Of a DNA stretch of 62,178 bases, positions 18,532 to 27,364 are shown in pieces (positions within the stretch are counted from its first letter, which is position 1; the number at the start of each line of letters is the position of its first letter). This DNA is from an uncultured Desulfobacterales bacterium (GTDB lineage Bacteria; Desulfobacterota; Desulfobacteria; Desulfobacterales; B30-G6): assembly GCA_964435695.1 (NCBI GenBank), contig CAYTAQ010000003.1:1-62178 (forward strand), given 5' to 3'. A program made the position numbers and the translations under genes. The notes beneath the pieces were generated by a model. The model made no database searches. It saw nothing but the letters and a program-made list of their open reading frames with translations, and was not told the origin of the DNA.

Positions 18532-19270
18532 AGCAACCGACCTGATGGTCTTTTACGAAAACATGCTGGCCTTGAACAATGTCAGTATCCGTTGCAAAAA
18601 GAACCAGATTGTCGGCGTATTCGGAGCCAACAGCGCCGGAAAATCGACCCTGATGTATGCCCTTTCCGGCATCATGCTCGATATCCGCAAAAAAGAGGAA
18701 ATGGCCGGCGGTGAGCGGATCACGCTGACCGGAAGTATTCGTTACCGGAATCAGGAAATGATCAACACCAAACCCAGCCGCAGGGCAAAGATGGGTATCG
18801 TCCTGTGTCCGGAACGGCGCCGGATTTTCAGTGAAAGTACGGTACTCGAAAACCTGAGAATCGGCGGGTATCTTGCGAGCCCCTCCCAGGCCAGGGAAAC
18901 ACTGGATTATGTTTTCACTGTTTTTCCGGCGTTGAAAAAGCTCAAAAAGAGGCTGGGAGGATTTTTAAGCGGGGGCGAGCAGCAGATGCTGGCCATCGGC
19001 CGTGCCCTCATGGCCCAGCCGAAGTTACTGCTTCTGGACGAACCCCTGATGGGACTCAGCCCCCTGATGCAGGCCATGCTCATGCGCACCACACGGGAAA
19101 TCCGGGATGAACGGAACATTTCCATCATCGTTACCGAACAATATGCCCGCCCGGTGCTTCCCATCGTTGACTATGCGTTTATTCTCGAAAACGGCTCCGC
19201 CGTCATGGAGGGCAGCCGCGAAGAATTGATGGATAATCCGGATGTAAGGGCAGCCTATTTCGGCGTCTAG
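18524..19270 (+). CDS. livF: LivF-type ABC ATPase
   Basis: GANSAGKST, LSGGEQQML, LLDEP. Confidence 0.88.
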   Translation: MLEATDLMVFYENMLALNNVSIRCKKNQIVGVFGANSAGKSTLMYALSGIMLDIRKKEEMAGGERITLTGSIRYRNQEMINTKPSRRAKMGIVLCPERRRIFSESTVLENLRIGGYLASPSQARETLDYVFTVFPALKKLKKRLGGFLSGGEQQMLAIGRALMAQPKLLLLDEPLMGLSPLMQAMLMRTTREIRDERNISIIVTEQYARPVLPIVDYAFILENGSAVMEGSREELMDNPDVRAAYFGV

Positions 19271-19397
19271 TTTGCATAATTTTGGGAATCACGGGGCTAT
19301 GATTTCAATATAGACGAATCATACGGATACCGGCTGAGTTAGCTGGAACGAAGGACAAGGTTTTACATACTGAATTATCCATTGGAGCCTGATTTAA

Positions 19398-21077
19398 ATG
19401 ATCACCGACGTTGACGCACTGAAAAAAGAACTGACATTCACCCGTTTTGATCAGATGAGTCAAAAATATCCGAACAGGACCGCTCTGGTTTACCTGGGAG
19501 AACATTTTAGCTATCGCCACCTGAAAAATTTAAGCGAGCGCTTTGCCGGCGCCCTGTCTGCCATGGGTGTGCGTAAAGGTGACCGGGTGATGATCTATAT
19601 CCCGAATTCCGTCCAATGGGTCATCGCCTTTTTGGGTATACAGAAAATCGGTGCCGTCATCGTGCCGGTTGCGCCCATCTACACCTCCCATGAAATCATC
19701 TATATGATAAAAGATGCCGGCGTCAGCTCGATCATCTGCACAGACACCAATTTCTGCTATGTCAAGGAAGCACTGTCTCAAACCGATCTCAAACAGGTTA
19801 TCGTAACCAATATGGCGGATCTGTTGCCGGTCTGGAAGCGTTATCTGGGAATTCTGTTCGATAAAATCCCCAGCGGAAAAGTCGATCGAGATGATCGTGT
19901 ATATCCGTTTCGCTCCCTTCTCAGGCACGCTCCCATCCAGAAGCCCGCGGACATCGACCCCCTGAGCGACCTGTCCTACATCCTCTATACCGGCGGCACC
20001 ACAGGATTTCCAAAAGGTGTTCCCGGTACACATATCGGTATGACCTCCTATGTGAATGACGTCACGGAGGATGTCGTCGGAGACCACCTCAAGGAAGGCG
20101 AGGATACCTATATCGCCATTAACCCGCTGTTTCACATCATGGCACTGGGATTGTTCATGTCGGTGGGATTGAATAAAGGAAATACCACCTTGCTCATGCC
20201 GATTCCCCAGGTGGATGCCATTCTGGAATCCATTCAACGATACCGCGTTCGATGGTTGCTCGGCGTACCGGCCTTGTACCGGATGATCCTGGAAAACGAC
20301 AGGCTGGATCGATACGACATAAGTTCCCTGACCTATTGTTACTGCGGCGGCGATGTCCTGCCGGAAGAGGTTAAGGACCGCTGGCATAAGCACTGCGGCA
20401 TTCCCATTTATCAGGTTTATGGTTCCACCGAGGTCGGGCATGTGGCTTACAGCAAAATAGGTGCCGAACCGAGTCCGAGAGCTATCGGTTTCCCGTTAAA
20501 AAGCAGGGAGTGCATGATTGTCGACCCTGAAACGTTGGAACCGGTTTCCGAAAACCGAAGCGGAGAACTTCTGGTCTTCTCCCCCTATACGCTTAAAGAA
20601 TACTATAAAAAACCCGAGGAGACGCGCAAAGCCTATATCGATCTTCAGGGCAAGATATGGTGCCGCATGGGTGATTTTGTGAGTGCGCTGCCGACGGGTG
20701 AGCTGATCTACGTGGAGCGCTCGGCCGATATCATCAAGCATAAGGCATATCGTGTTTCGGCTTCCGAAGTGGAAGCTGTGCTGCAGGATCATCCCACGGT
20801 TATCGGTGCCTGTGTGGTGGGCATTCCGGATCCCAAAGTGGGTGAACGGATCAAAGCCATCGTCGTACTGAAAGAGGATGCCAGAGGTGTGGGCGGAACT
20901 GAATTGGTCACATTTTGCCGTGAACGGCTGGCGCCCTACAAAGTACCATCCTACATAGAATTCAGAGACATGCTGCCCAAATCGAAGGTTGGGAAACTTT
21001 TGCGGCGGGAGGTCAGAGATGACGAAATTCGGCGTATGTCTAAAGACAATAAAACATTTGGTTCCAAAGGAGCATGA
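19398..21077 (+). CDS. Acyl-CoA synthetase (FadD-like ANL family)
   Basis: YTGGTTGFPKG, VYGSTE, RMGD, KSKVGKLLRR. Confidence 0.9.
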   Translation: MITDVDALKKELTFTRFDQMSQKYPNRTALVYLGEHFSYRHLKNLSERFAGALSAMGVRKGDRVMIYIPNSVQWVIAFLGIQKIGAVIVPVAPIYTSHEIIYMIKDAGVSSIICTDTNFCYVKEALSQTDLKQVIVTNMADLLPVWKRYLGILFDKIPSGKVDRDDRVYPFRSLLRHAPIQKPADIDPLSDLSYILYTGGTTGFPKGVPGTHIGMTSYVNDVTEDVVGDHLKEGEDTYIAINPLFHIMALGLFMSVGLNKGNTTLLMPIPQVDAILESIQRYRVRWLLGVPALYRMILENDRLDRYDISSLTYCYCGGDVLPEEVKDRWHKHCGIPIYQVYGSTEVGHVAYSKIGAEPSPRAIGFPLKSRECMIVDPETLEPVSENRSGELLVFSPYTLKEYYKKPEETRKAYIDLQGKIWCRMGDFVSALPTGELIYVERSADIIKHKAYRVSASEVEAVLQDHPTVIGACVVGIPDPKVGERIKAIVVLKEDARGVGGTELVTFCRERLAPYKVPSYIEFRDMLPKSKVGKLLRREVRDDEIRRMSKDNKTFGSKGA

Positions 21078-21078
21078 T

Positions 21079-21657
21079 ATGGATCTATTCACCGCAATCG
21101 AAAACAGAAGAAGCTGTAGAAACTTTTTAGATGAAAAGTTAAGCAGCGATACCATCGGGCAGATACTCAAGGCGGCCGCCCGAGCCCCGTCTCCTCTCAA
21201 CATGCAGCCATGGCAGTTCATCGTTATTACCAGCGAGAGCAAAAAAGAAGAAATTTTCTCCGAAGCTGAAAGATGCTGCAAATGGGCCGTTGAAGCAAGC
21301 GGGTGGAAATGGCTTAACAGCTACGAGGTTGATTTTCTCAAGCAGGCACCGGTGATAATCGCCGTTGTGGGCGATCCCAAGAAAACCGGGGTGGATATGT
21401 TCCAGGAAGAAGGGAGTGTCGGTTACCAGCTGGCCTGCGCGGCTGCCATTCAAAATATCCTTTTAGCATCCCATGCCCTGGGTTTGGGCAGTCTCTGGTT
21501 TACCTTTTTCGACAAACAGGAAATCAGAAGGATTCTCGATATCCCTGACAGCAAAACGCCCATTTCCCTGGTTTGCATCGGCAAGGCTATAAGCGAACCG
21601 GTGGCCACGCCCAGAAAAGACGCAAAGGAGAAAGTTAGATATATAGGGAACGAGTAA
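21079..21657 (+). CDS. Nitroreductase family protein
   Basis: AIENRRSCRNF, APSPLNMQPWQF, QNILLASHALGLGSLW; start ATG 21079 after AAGGAG. Confidence 0.9.
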   Translation: MDLFTAIENRRSCRNFLDEKLSSDTIGQILKAAARAPSPLNMQPWQFIVITSESKKEEIFSEAERCCKWAVEASGWKWLNSYEVDFLKQAPVIIAVVGDPKKTGVDMFQEEGSVGYQLACAAAIQNILLASHALGLGSLWFTFFDKQEIRRILDIPDSKTPISLVCIGKAISEPVATPRKDAKEKVRYIGNE

Positions 21658-21695
21658 CGTAGGATATGAAAAGTTTCTTAAATAAAGAGGCAAAA

Positions 21696-22226
21696 ATGTC
21701 ACAAAGCATTTTGAATGGAAAACGGATACTGGCTGTCGATGATGAACCTGATATCCTGGATACGCTGGCGGACCTTCTCGAGGATTATGAAGGTCTCATT
21801 TTCGACCGGGCAACGGATTATGAAACCGGCTACCATTTACTCAGGTCATGGACTTATGACGCCGTTATTTTGGATATCATGGGCGTCCGCGGATTTAATC
21901 TTCTCAACGCATCGGTGCACCTGGGCTTTCCCACCATCATGCTCACCGCCCATGCATTCTCCGTTCAGGACCTGAAACGTTCCATTGAAATGGGGGCGCG
22001 GGCTTATATTCCAAAAGAGAAGATGACGGACATTCCCGATTTTCTGGAAGATGTCCTGACGCTGGGACATCGATCAGGATTGAAGCGCATGTTCCAGCGC
22101 TTGGGCAATTTATTCAATAAAAAATTCGGTTCCCGCTGGATGGAGGATGAAAAGACGTTTTGGAACCGGGTAACTTCCGGCGACTACAAACCGGAGCCGG
22201 TTATATTAAAAAATAAATTATTCTGA
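21696..22226 (+). CDS. Response regulator receiver protein with C-terminal extension
   Basis: ILAVDDE, ILDIMG, MLTAH, YIPK. Confidence 0.85.
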   Translation: MSQSILNGKRILAVDDEPDILDTLADLLEDYEGLIFDRATDYETGYHLLRSWTYDAVILDIMGVRGFNLLNASVHLGFPTIMLTAHAFSVQDLKRSIEMGARAYIPKEKMTDIPDFLEDVLTLGHRSGLKRMFQRLGNLFNKKFGSRWMEDEKTFWNRVTSGDYKPEPVILKNKLF

Positions 22227-22263
22227 TCCTGATTCTGAAAATCATAATCAGGATAATTTTTAT

Positions 22264-22293
22264 GGGGTTATGAAATTTCATAACCTCTTTTTT
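22264..22293 (+). terminator. Intrinsic terminator of the transport/CoA-ligase operon
   Basis: GGGGTTATGA-aatt-TCATAACCTC followed by T6. Confidence 0.7.
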
Positions 22294-22430
22294 ATGGAAT
22301 ACCGGTTTCCCATCAAAAACCGCTGGTCGGGGGTCACCTTTCTGGCGGCCGGAGATGTGTTTCGCGATGGGGAAAATTGAACAGATACCGGATGCCGGCC
22401 GCTGGATACTTGATAAAAGAAAGAGGATTC

Positions 22431-22537
22431 TCATTGACAATTATTCATTTATAATTGATAATTAATATAATATGTTAGCTAACAGCATGACGCTTGGCTG
22501 TTTCAATTGTCAATTGTTAACTTTCAATTGTTAATGA
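22431..22537. repeat. Heptamer (CAATTGT-type) inverted repeat
   Basis: CAATTGT-type units at 22504-22537 complementary to TCATTGACAATT...ATAATTGATAATTAA at 22431-22465. Confidence 0.6.
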
Positions 22538-22555
22538 AGACAGGACTTCATTCAT

Positions 22556-23407
22556 ATGATAGGATTTAATTTTGGGGGCAAGGCCAAACGGGTTATAGGC
22601 TTCTGCCTGTGCCTCATGCTGTTTTTCCTTCATCCGCCAATCGCTCGGGCGTTAACGATTGCCCTTCCGGAAACAGCGTATCAGGGTGATCTGATTCTCG
22701 GAAACGTTCCTCCGGGTGCACGTGTCCAGTTCAAGGATCAGTTGCTGCCGGTGGGGCCCGGGGGACATTTTGTGATTGCCGTTCCACGGGATCAAAAAAA
22801 AGATCTCTCGGTGACGGCGCTGCACAATGGTCAAAAAGCATCCCATGTCATACGCACTTGGGCCTACCCCTGGGAAATTCAGCATGTTGACGGCTTGCCG
22901 AAACACTATGTTACCCCGAATGCCGAACAGCAAAGACAGATTCGGGAGGATGCTCGAAAAATTCAAACTATCCGGAGCAGCCTGCCCTACCCGGTTCCCC
23001 TTTTTATCAAAAGGGGATTTGTTAAGCCGCTAACAGGAAAGGTAACCAGCCCATTCGGCAACCAGAGAATATTGAACGGTCTGCCGCGAAGCCCCCATTC
23101 AGGAATCGATATTGCCGCTCCCATCGGGAAACCCGTACACAGCCCTGCCGACGGTATTGTCCGATTAACGGCTGAAAACATGTTTTTAATGGGCAACACA
23201 CTTTTAATGGATCATGGTCTTGGGGTATTCTCAATTTTCATCCATCTCGAACGCATCCACGTTCATGTCGGAGATGTTGTCCGTCAGGGGGATGTCATTG
23301 CCGAAGTCGGAAAAACTGGTCGTGCCACCGGGCCCCATCTTCACTGGGGGGTCTACGTAGGATCGACTGCGGTCGATCCACTGAGGGTGCTCAAAAATCG
23401 GTTTTAA
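22556..23407 (+). CDS. M23 family metallopeptidase
   Basis: HSGID and HLH zinc motifs, TGRATGPHLHWG. Confidence 0.92.
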   Translation: MIGFNFGGKAKRVIGFCLCLMLFFLHPPIARALTIALPETAYQGDLILGNVPPGARVQFKDQLLPVGPGGHFVIAVPRDQKKDLSVTALHNGQKASHVIRTWAYPWEIQHVDGLPKHYVTPNAEQQRQIREDARKIQTIRSSLPYPVPLFIKRGFVKPLTGKVTSPFGNQRILNGLPRSPHSGIDIAAPIGKPVHSPADGIVRLTAENMFLMGNTLLMDHGLGVFSIFIHLERIHVHVGDVVRQGDVIAEVGKTGRATGPHLHWGVYVGSTAVDPLRVLKNRF

Positions 23408-23430
23408 TTTTAAGATGAAAAGAACGAAAA

Positions 23431-23503
23431 AGCTCATAGCTCACAGCTGATAGGGGACAGGAAAAAGATTCCGTTACCATGACCTATGAGCTATCGGCTA
23501 TCG
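23431..23503. repeat. Heptamer (AGCTSAT-type) inverted repeat
   Basis: AGCTCAT-AGCTCAC-AGCTGAT-AG versus CTATGAGCTATCGGCTATCG. Confidence 0.65.
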
Positions 23504-23562
23504 TCTAATTTAAAATCCACAATTATCATTTAACTCATTAAGCTCAACAGCAGGTAAACATT

Positions 23563-23877
23563 ATGCCGGTTTATGAATATGAACACACAGGCGATGCCTG
23601 CTCGCTGGGCATTCGATTTGAAATAGTGCAGTCCATCGCCGATAAACCATTCTCAAGGTGCCCGGGCTGCGGCCGACCTGTAAGAAAGCTCATTTCCCTT
23701 GTGGGTATCAGCGTTCCAAAAACAAACAGCGAACTGCGAGACTTGGGATTTACCAAGCTGGTGAGGCGTGATGACGGCGTCTATGAAAATGTCACTGCCC
23801 GTGATCATGAAAGCAAGCATATGATCCGGGACAAACCCGAAACCATGCCGGATCTAAGCAAAACCATAAAAGATTGA
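23563..23877 (+). CDS. FmdB family zinc-ribbon protein
   Basis: MPVYEY...C...RFEIVQSI...CPGCG. Confidence 0.85.
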   Translation: MPVYEYEHTGDACSLGIRFEIVQSIADKPFSRCPGCGRPVRKLISLVGISVPKTNSELRDLGFTKLVRRDDGVYENVTARDHESKHMIRDKPETMPDLSKTIKD

Positions 23878-24674
23878 AATCAAGAATGCAACCGATTGAA
23901 CGGCAAATCGAAGCGGTAGCCGAAATTATCTGCTCCGCCGAAAAAGTTTTGGTCTTCACAGGCGCAGGCGTCAGCACGGAATCCGGCATACCTGATTTTC
24001 GAGGAACTGACGGCATCTGGCGCAAATACAACCCCGAAGATTTTACGATTCAAAAATTTCTTTCAGACAAGAGAGCCCGAAAAATGCAGTGGGAATTGCT
24101 ATCCGGCGGTGATCTGTCCATGGCAAAGGTCCAGCCCAACCCAGCCCATTATGCCATTACCGAACTCGAAAAATTAGGAAAACTCTATGCCGTGGTAACC
24201 CAAAATGTGGATGGACTTCATCAGAAAGCCGGTGTTTCCGAAGATCGGGTATTCCAGCTCCACGGCGACCTGAGCCACGCGATTTGTTTGAACTGCGGGA
24301 AACGATACCCCATGGAAACGATTGCGGAATGGCTGAAATCCGGTATGGATGAACCGGAATGCCAAAGCTGCAAAGGCATGCTCAAGCCGGATGCCGTGTT
24401 GTTCGGCGAACAGCTTCCGGTTCAAACGCTTATGGAAGCGGAACGCCGCTCCAGGGCCTGCGATATCTGCATCGTCCTGGGATCAACATTGACAGTCTAT
24501 CCGGCCGCTCTCATCCCCCAGTACGCGGCTCAAACGGGTGCCAAACTCGTAATCATCAACATGGGGCCCACGGAGTTGGACCGCATGGCGGATATTCGTA
24601 TCGAAGGCAAAGCCGGCGTCATTGCGCCTAAAATAGTGAATCGTGTCAAAACAAAGCTTGGGATAACATCATGA
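23874..24674 (+). CDS. cobB: NAD-dependent protein deacylase (sirtuin)
   Basis: [25 protein letters not shown], two CxxC pairs; alternative start 23886. Confidence 0.92.
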   Translation: MKSRMQPIERQIEAVAEIICSAEKVLVFTGAGVSTESGIPDFRGTDGIWRKYNPEDFTIQKFLSDKRARKMQWELLSGGDLSMAKVQPNPAHYAITELEKLGKLYAVVTQNVDGLHQKAGVSEDRVFQLHGDLSHAICLNCGKRYPMETIAEWLKSGMDEPECQSCKGMLKPDAVLFGEQLPVQTLMEAERRSRACDICIVLGSTLTVYPAALIPQYAAQTGAKLVIINMGPTELDRMADIRIEGKAGVIAPKIVNRVKTKLGITS

Positions 24675-25144
24675 AAGACGAATGGATTCCAGTACTCGGA
24701 AGTCTGACCTGTGGCATTTATGTGCTGACAGTTTCATATGAAGAAAAAATAAACGGTATGATCGCTTCATGGGTGTCGCAGGTCTCCTATGATCCGCTGT
24801 TGGTCATGGTTGCGGTTCATCCCAACCGGTATAGCCATCAGCTTATTGACAAAAGCGGCTGCTTTGCTCTTCATGTTTTATTGAAAGAGCAGAAAGATTT
24901 CCTGAAACGCTTTAAAGGACCGGATCCTGCATCTAAATTTCTTTCTCTTGCGTGGAAGAGAGGTCATAATGGGTCCCCTATTCTTAAAGAATGCGCCGCG
25001 TATCTGGAATGCCGCGTTATAGAACGTTTAACGCCCGGAAATCATACCCTTTTTATAGGGGAGGTAACCGATGCAGTCAAAATATCTGACGGCGCATGTT
25101 TAAATACAAGCCATTACGAAGGCGTTTATCTTGGGAAAAAGTGA
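24671..25144 (+). CDS. Flavin reductase family protein
   Basis: NGMIASWVSQVSYDP, GNHTLFIGEV. Confidence 0.88.
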   Translation: MKDEWIPVLGSLTCGIYVLTVSYEEKINGMIASWVSQVSYDPLLVMVAVHPNRYSHQLIDKSGCFALHVLLKEQKDFLKRFKGPDPASKFLSLAWKRGHNGSPILKECAAYLECRVIERLTPGNHTLFIGEVTDAVKISDGACLNTSHYEGVYLGKK

Positions 25145-25158
25145 GGGCAGGGAACGGA

Positions 25159-25410
25159 GGTCAGAGGTCGGAAGTCAGAGATCAGAGACCGGAAGTCAGA
25201 GATCGGAGACCAGAAGAAAGGAGAAAGAAAGACACATTCAACTTCCAAGAGGGAACACTGTCGGTATTTATGTTTCCTATCTTCCATGCAGCATATAAAG
25301 ATATAAATTGCTGGAGCGAAGCTACATCATTCTTGGACGTTGAAAGTTGAACATTCGATGGTGGATGTTATTTTTACTGACTTCTGTCCCCTGTGTTCTG
25401 TATTCTTTTC
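25159..25410. repeat. Nested heptamer inverted-repeat element
   Basis: Eight (G/A)(G/A)(T/C)C(A/G)GA units at 25159-25214 complementary to TCTG-rich units at 25378-25410; inner pair ACATTCAACTTCCAAGA / TCTTGGACGTTGAAAGT. Confidence 0.7.
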
Positions 25411-25450
25411 TGCCTTTTTAGCGGATAAACTTGAGAGGTGAAACGTTCTC

Positions 25451-26026
25451 ATGCTCAACATCATCGCAATCGCCATCGCCCTTGCCATGGATGCGTTTGC
25501 AGTGGCCATCGCCGCCGGCGTAACACTGAAGCACGTCAGCTTTCGACAGAATTTTCGCCTGGCATGGCACTTCGGGCTGTTTCAGGCTCTGATGCCGATC
25601 TTGGGTTGGAGCGCCGGCATCACCGTCATGGATCTGATCGAGGCTTACGACCACTGGATTGCCTTCGGCCTTCTCGCGTTCGTTGCCCAAGGGATGTTGC
25701 GGGGAGCGTTTCGAAAAGAAAAGGAAGAACAAGACAAAAAGGATCCCACCCGGGGCATGACCATGGTGCTGCTGTCGGTGGCCACCAGCATCGATGCACT
25801 GGCCGTCGGCTTCAGCCTCGCTGTCATCAACGTTTCCATATGGATGCCCGCTCTCATTATCGGCATCGTGGCCGGCGCCTTCACGACAGCCGGATTGCAT
25901 CTTGGGAAGGCCATCGGCACGACACCCCGCCTGAGCCGCTATGCGGAAGCCCTTGGCGGTATTGTCCTCCTGCTCATCGGTCTCAACATCCTCCGGGAGC
26001 ATCAGGCGCTGGCGTTTATCTTTTGA
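25451..26026 (+). CDS. mntP: Manganese efflux pump MntP
   Basis: LAMDAFAVA and ATSIDALAVG repeats, FGLFQALMP. Confidence 0.92.
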   Translation: MLNIIAIAIALAMDAFAVAIAAGVTLKHVSFRQNFRLAWHFGLFQALMPILGWSAGITVMDLIEAYDHWIAFGLLAFVAQGMLRGAFRKEKEEQDKKDPTRGMTMVLLSVATSIDALAVGFSLAVINVSIWMPALIIGIVAGAFTTAGLHLGKAIGTTPRLSRYAEALGGIVLLLIGLNILREHQALAFIF

Positions 26027-26123
26027 GGAACACTGCAAAAAGTGCGTGCGGAGATTAGAAATTAACCGTATAGGATAACCGGATTGATTTCATTTTCCAT
26101 GTTGCTTATCGTAAGAGCAGATT

Positions 26124-27269
26124 TTATAAATCGGCGTCAAACGCTTGCGCATAGCCCGTCAATTCGACATATCCCGATCCTTTGATGGGACGCGTTTTTC
26201 GTTTCCCCCGGCATGATACACTCCCCTCCCAGTAGGTGATGCCCGTGCTCTCCATTGTTTGCATTTCCTGGTCCGCCAGATTGGATGATACCTCCAGAGA
26301 AATGGATAAAGGGGATATTGTCATTTCCCATTTAGAAGGGTAGACCGCTTTGGACTTTTTGCTTTGCCAGGTTTGACGTACGCTGATTTTGAAATCGTCA
26401 GCGGACAAATGACGTGTTCGGCCATCGGACGCCACAAACGTTCCGCTGGATGCTTTATGCAAAATACCGCCCGGTTCCCGCAATAAAAAAATCATTATTT
26501 CCGTCTGATCCGAAAGCTGAAGACTGAACCAGTCCCATCCGACAATACCGGGCTCCAGGGGTGCAGTACTGAACTCATGATCCATCCAGCTAAGACCTTT
26601 TACCGGAAATGTTTTGCCTTTTAGCGTCAGGGTTCCTTCTGAATTGAGGCGGGTAAATGAATAATAGCAACTGCCCCTTTCGGCAGTGGACCCTTTCCGG
26701 CTGTATCCACCCAGTCCATGAAAAACCGGCTGTTTCGCAGGGAACAGGTTGAGTTGATAAGCAAATTTATCGGTTTTGGCTTGAATAACATGCAGATTGG
26801 CCGCAATACCTGCAGACCAGTTTTTTAAATAAATGACGGTCTTTTCCTTTTCCTGAATCACGCCTGCCATGCCCAGCGCATTCCGTGCAACATCTTCAGC
26901 CTGCAGATGTATTTTGCCGGACATGTCGGTGACGGCGGCATGCCCCACATATATTTGCTGCGTCCGCCAGGCTGAATGGGGAACCGGCCATCCGTTTCTA
27001 TCTTCCAATGGGCTGATCTGACTTCTGAAGAATGTCAACTGAAAGCCGAAACGCCGCCCATCGTTTCCCGCGAGATTTCCGGTATAGTACCACCACTCCG
27101 TTCGATATCCCGCATGCGCGCCATGATCCCTTGGGAATGAAAAATTACAGGGAGCCGTTACCGACAGGAAACCATTATCCGTCTCTGCGTTCACGAATCC
27201 GCGCAGAACAATCAACCCCATCAGCAGTGCAAATAGTTTTAACCGTATATGTTTCGTATGGATTTTCAT
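26124..27269 (-). CDS. Lipocalin-like AttH/CrtC family protein
   Basis: FPRDHGAH...EWWYYTGNL, WMDHEF, GWDWFSLQL, YWEG. Confidence 0.88.
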   Translation of the reverse strand: MKIHTKHIRLKLFALLMGLIVLRGFVNAETDNGFLSVTAPCNFSFPRDHGAHAGYRTEWWYYTGNLAGNDGRRFGFQLTFFRSQISPLEDRNGWPVPHSAWRTQQIYVGHAAVTDMSGKIHLQAEDVARNALGMAGVIQEKEKTVIYLKNWSAGIAANLHVIQAKTDKFAYQLNLFPAKQPVFHGLGGYSRKGSTAERGSCYYSFTRLNSEGTLTLKGKTFPVKGLSWMDHEFSTAPLEPGIVGWDWFSLQLSDQTEIMIFLLREPGGILHKASSGTFVASDGRTRHLSADDFKISVRQTWQSKKSKAVYPSKWEMTISPLSISLEVSSNLADQEMQTMESTGITYWEGSVSCRGKRKTRPIKGSGYVELTGYAQAFDADL

Positions 27270-27364
27270 TCAGTTTCGTTACAATCGTTTTTCGGTTTGA
27301 TAATTATAACGGCCGTCAACGTATCGTCGCTTTCGCGAACGCAAACCATATTTTTTTAAAAAAG

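Noticed and set aside
19398-21077. Benzoate-CoA ligase call
   Set aside because: P-loop and substrate region are FadD-like (YTGGTTGFPKG, HIMALG) rather than YSSGSTG / YGLGN type
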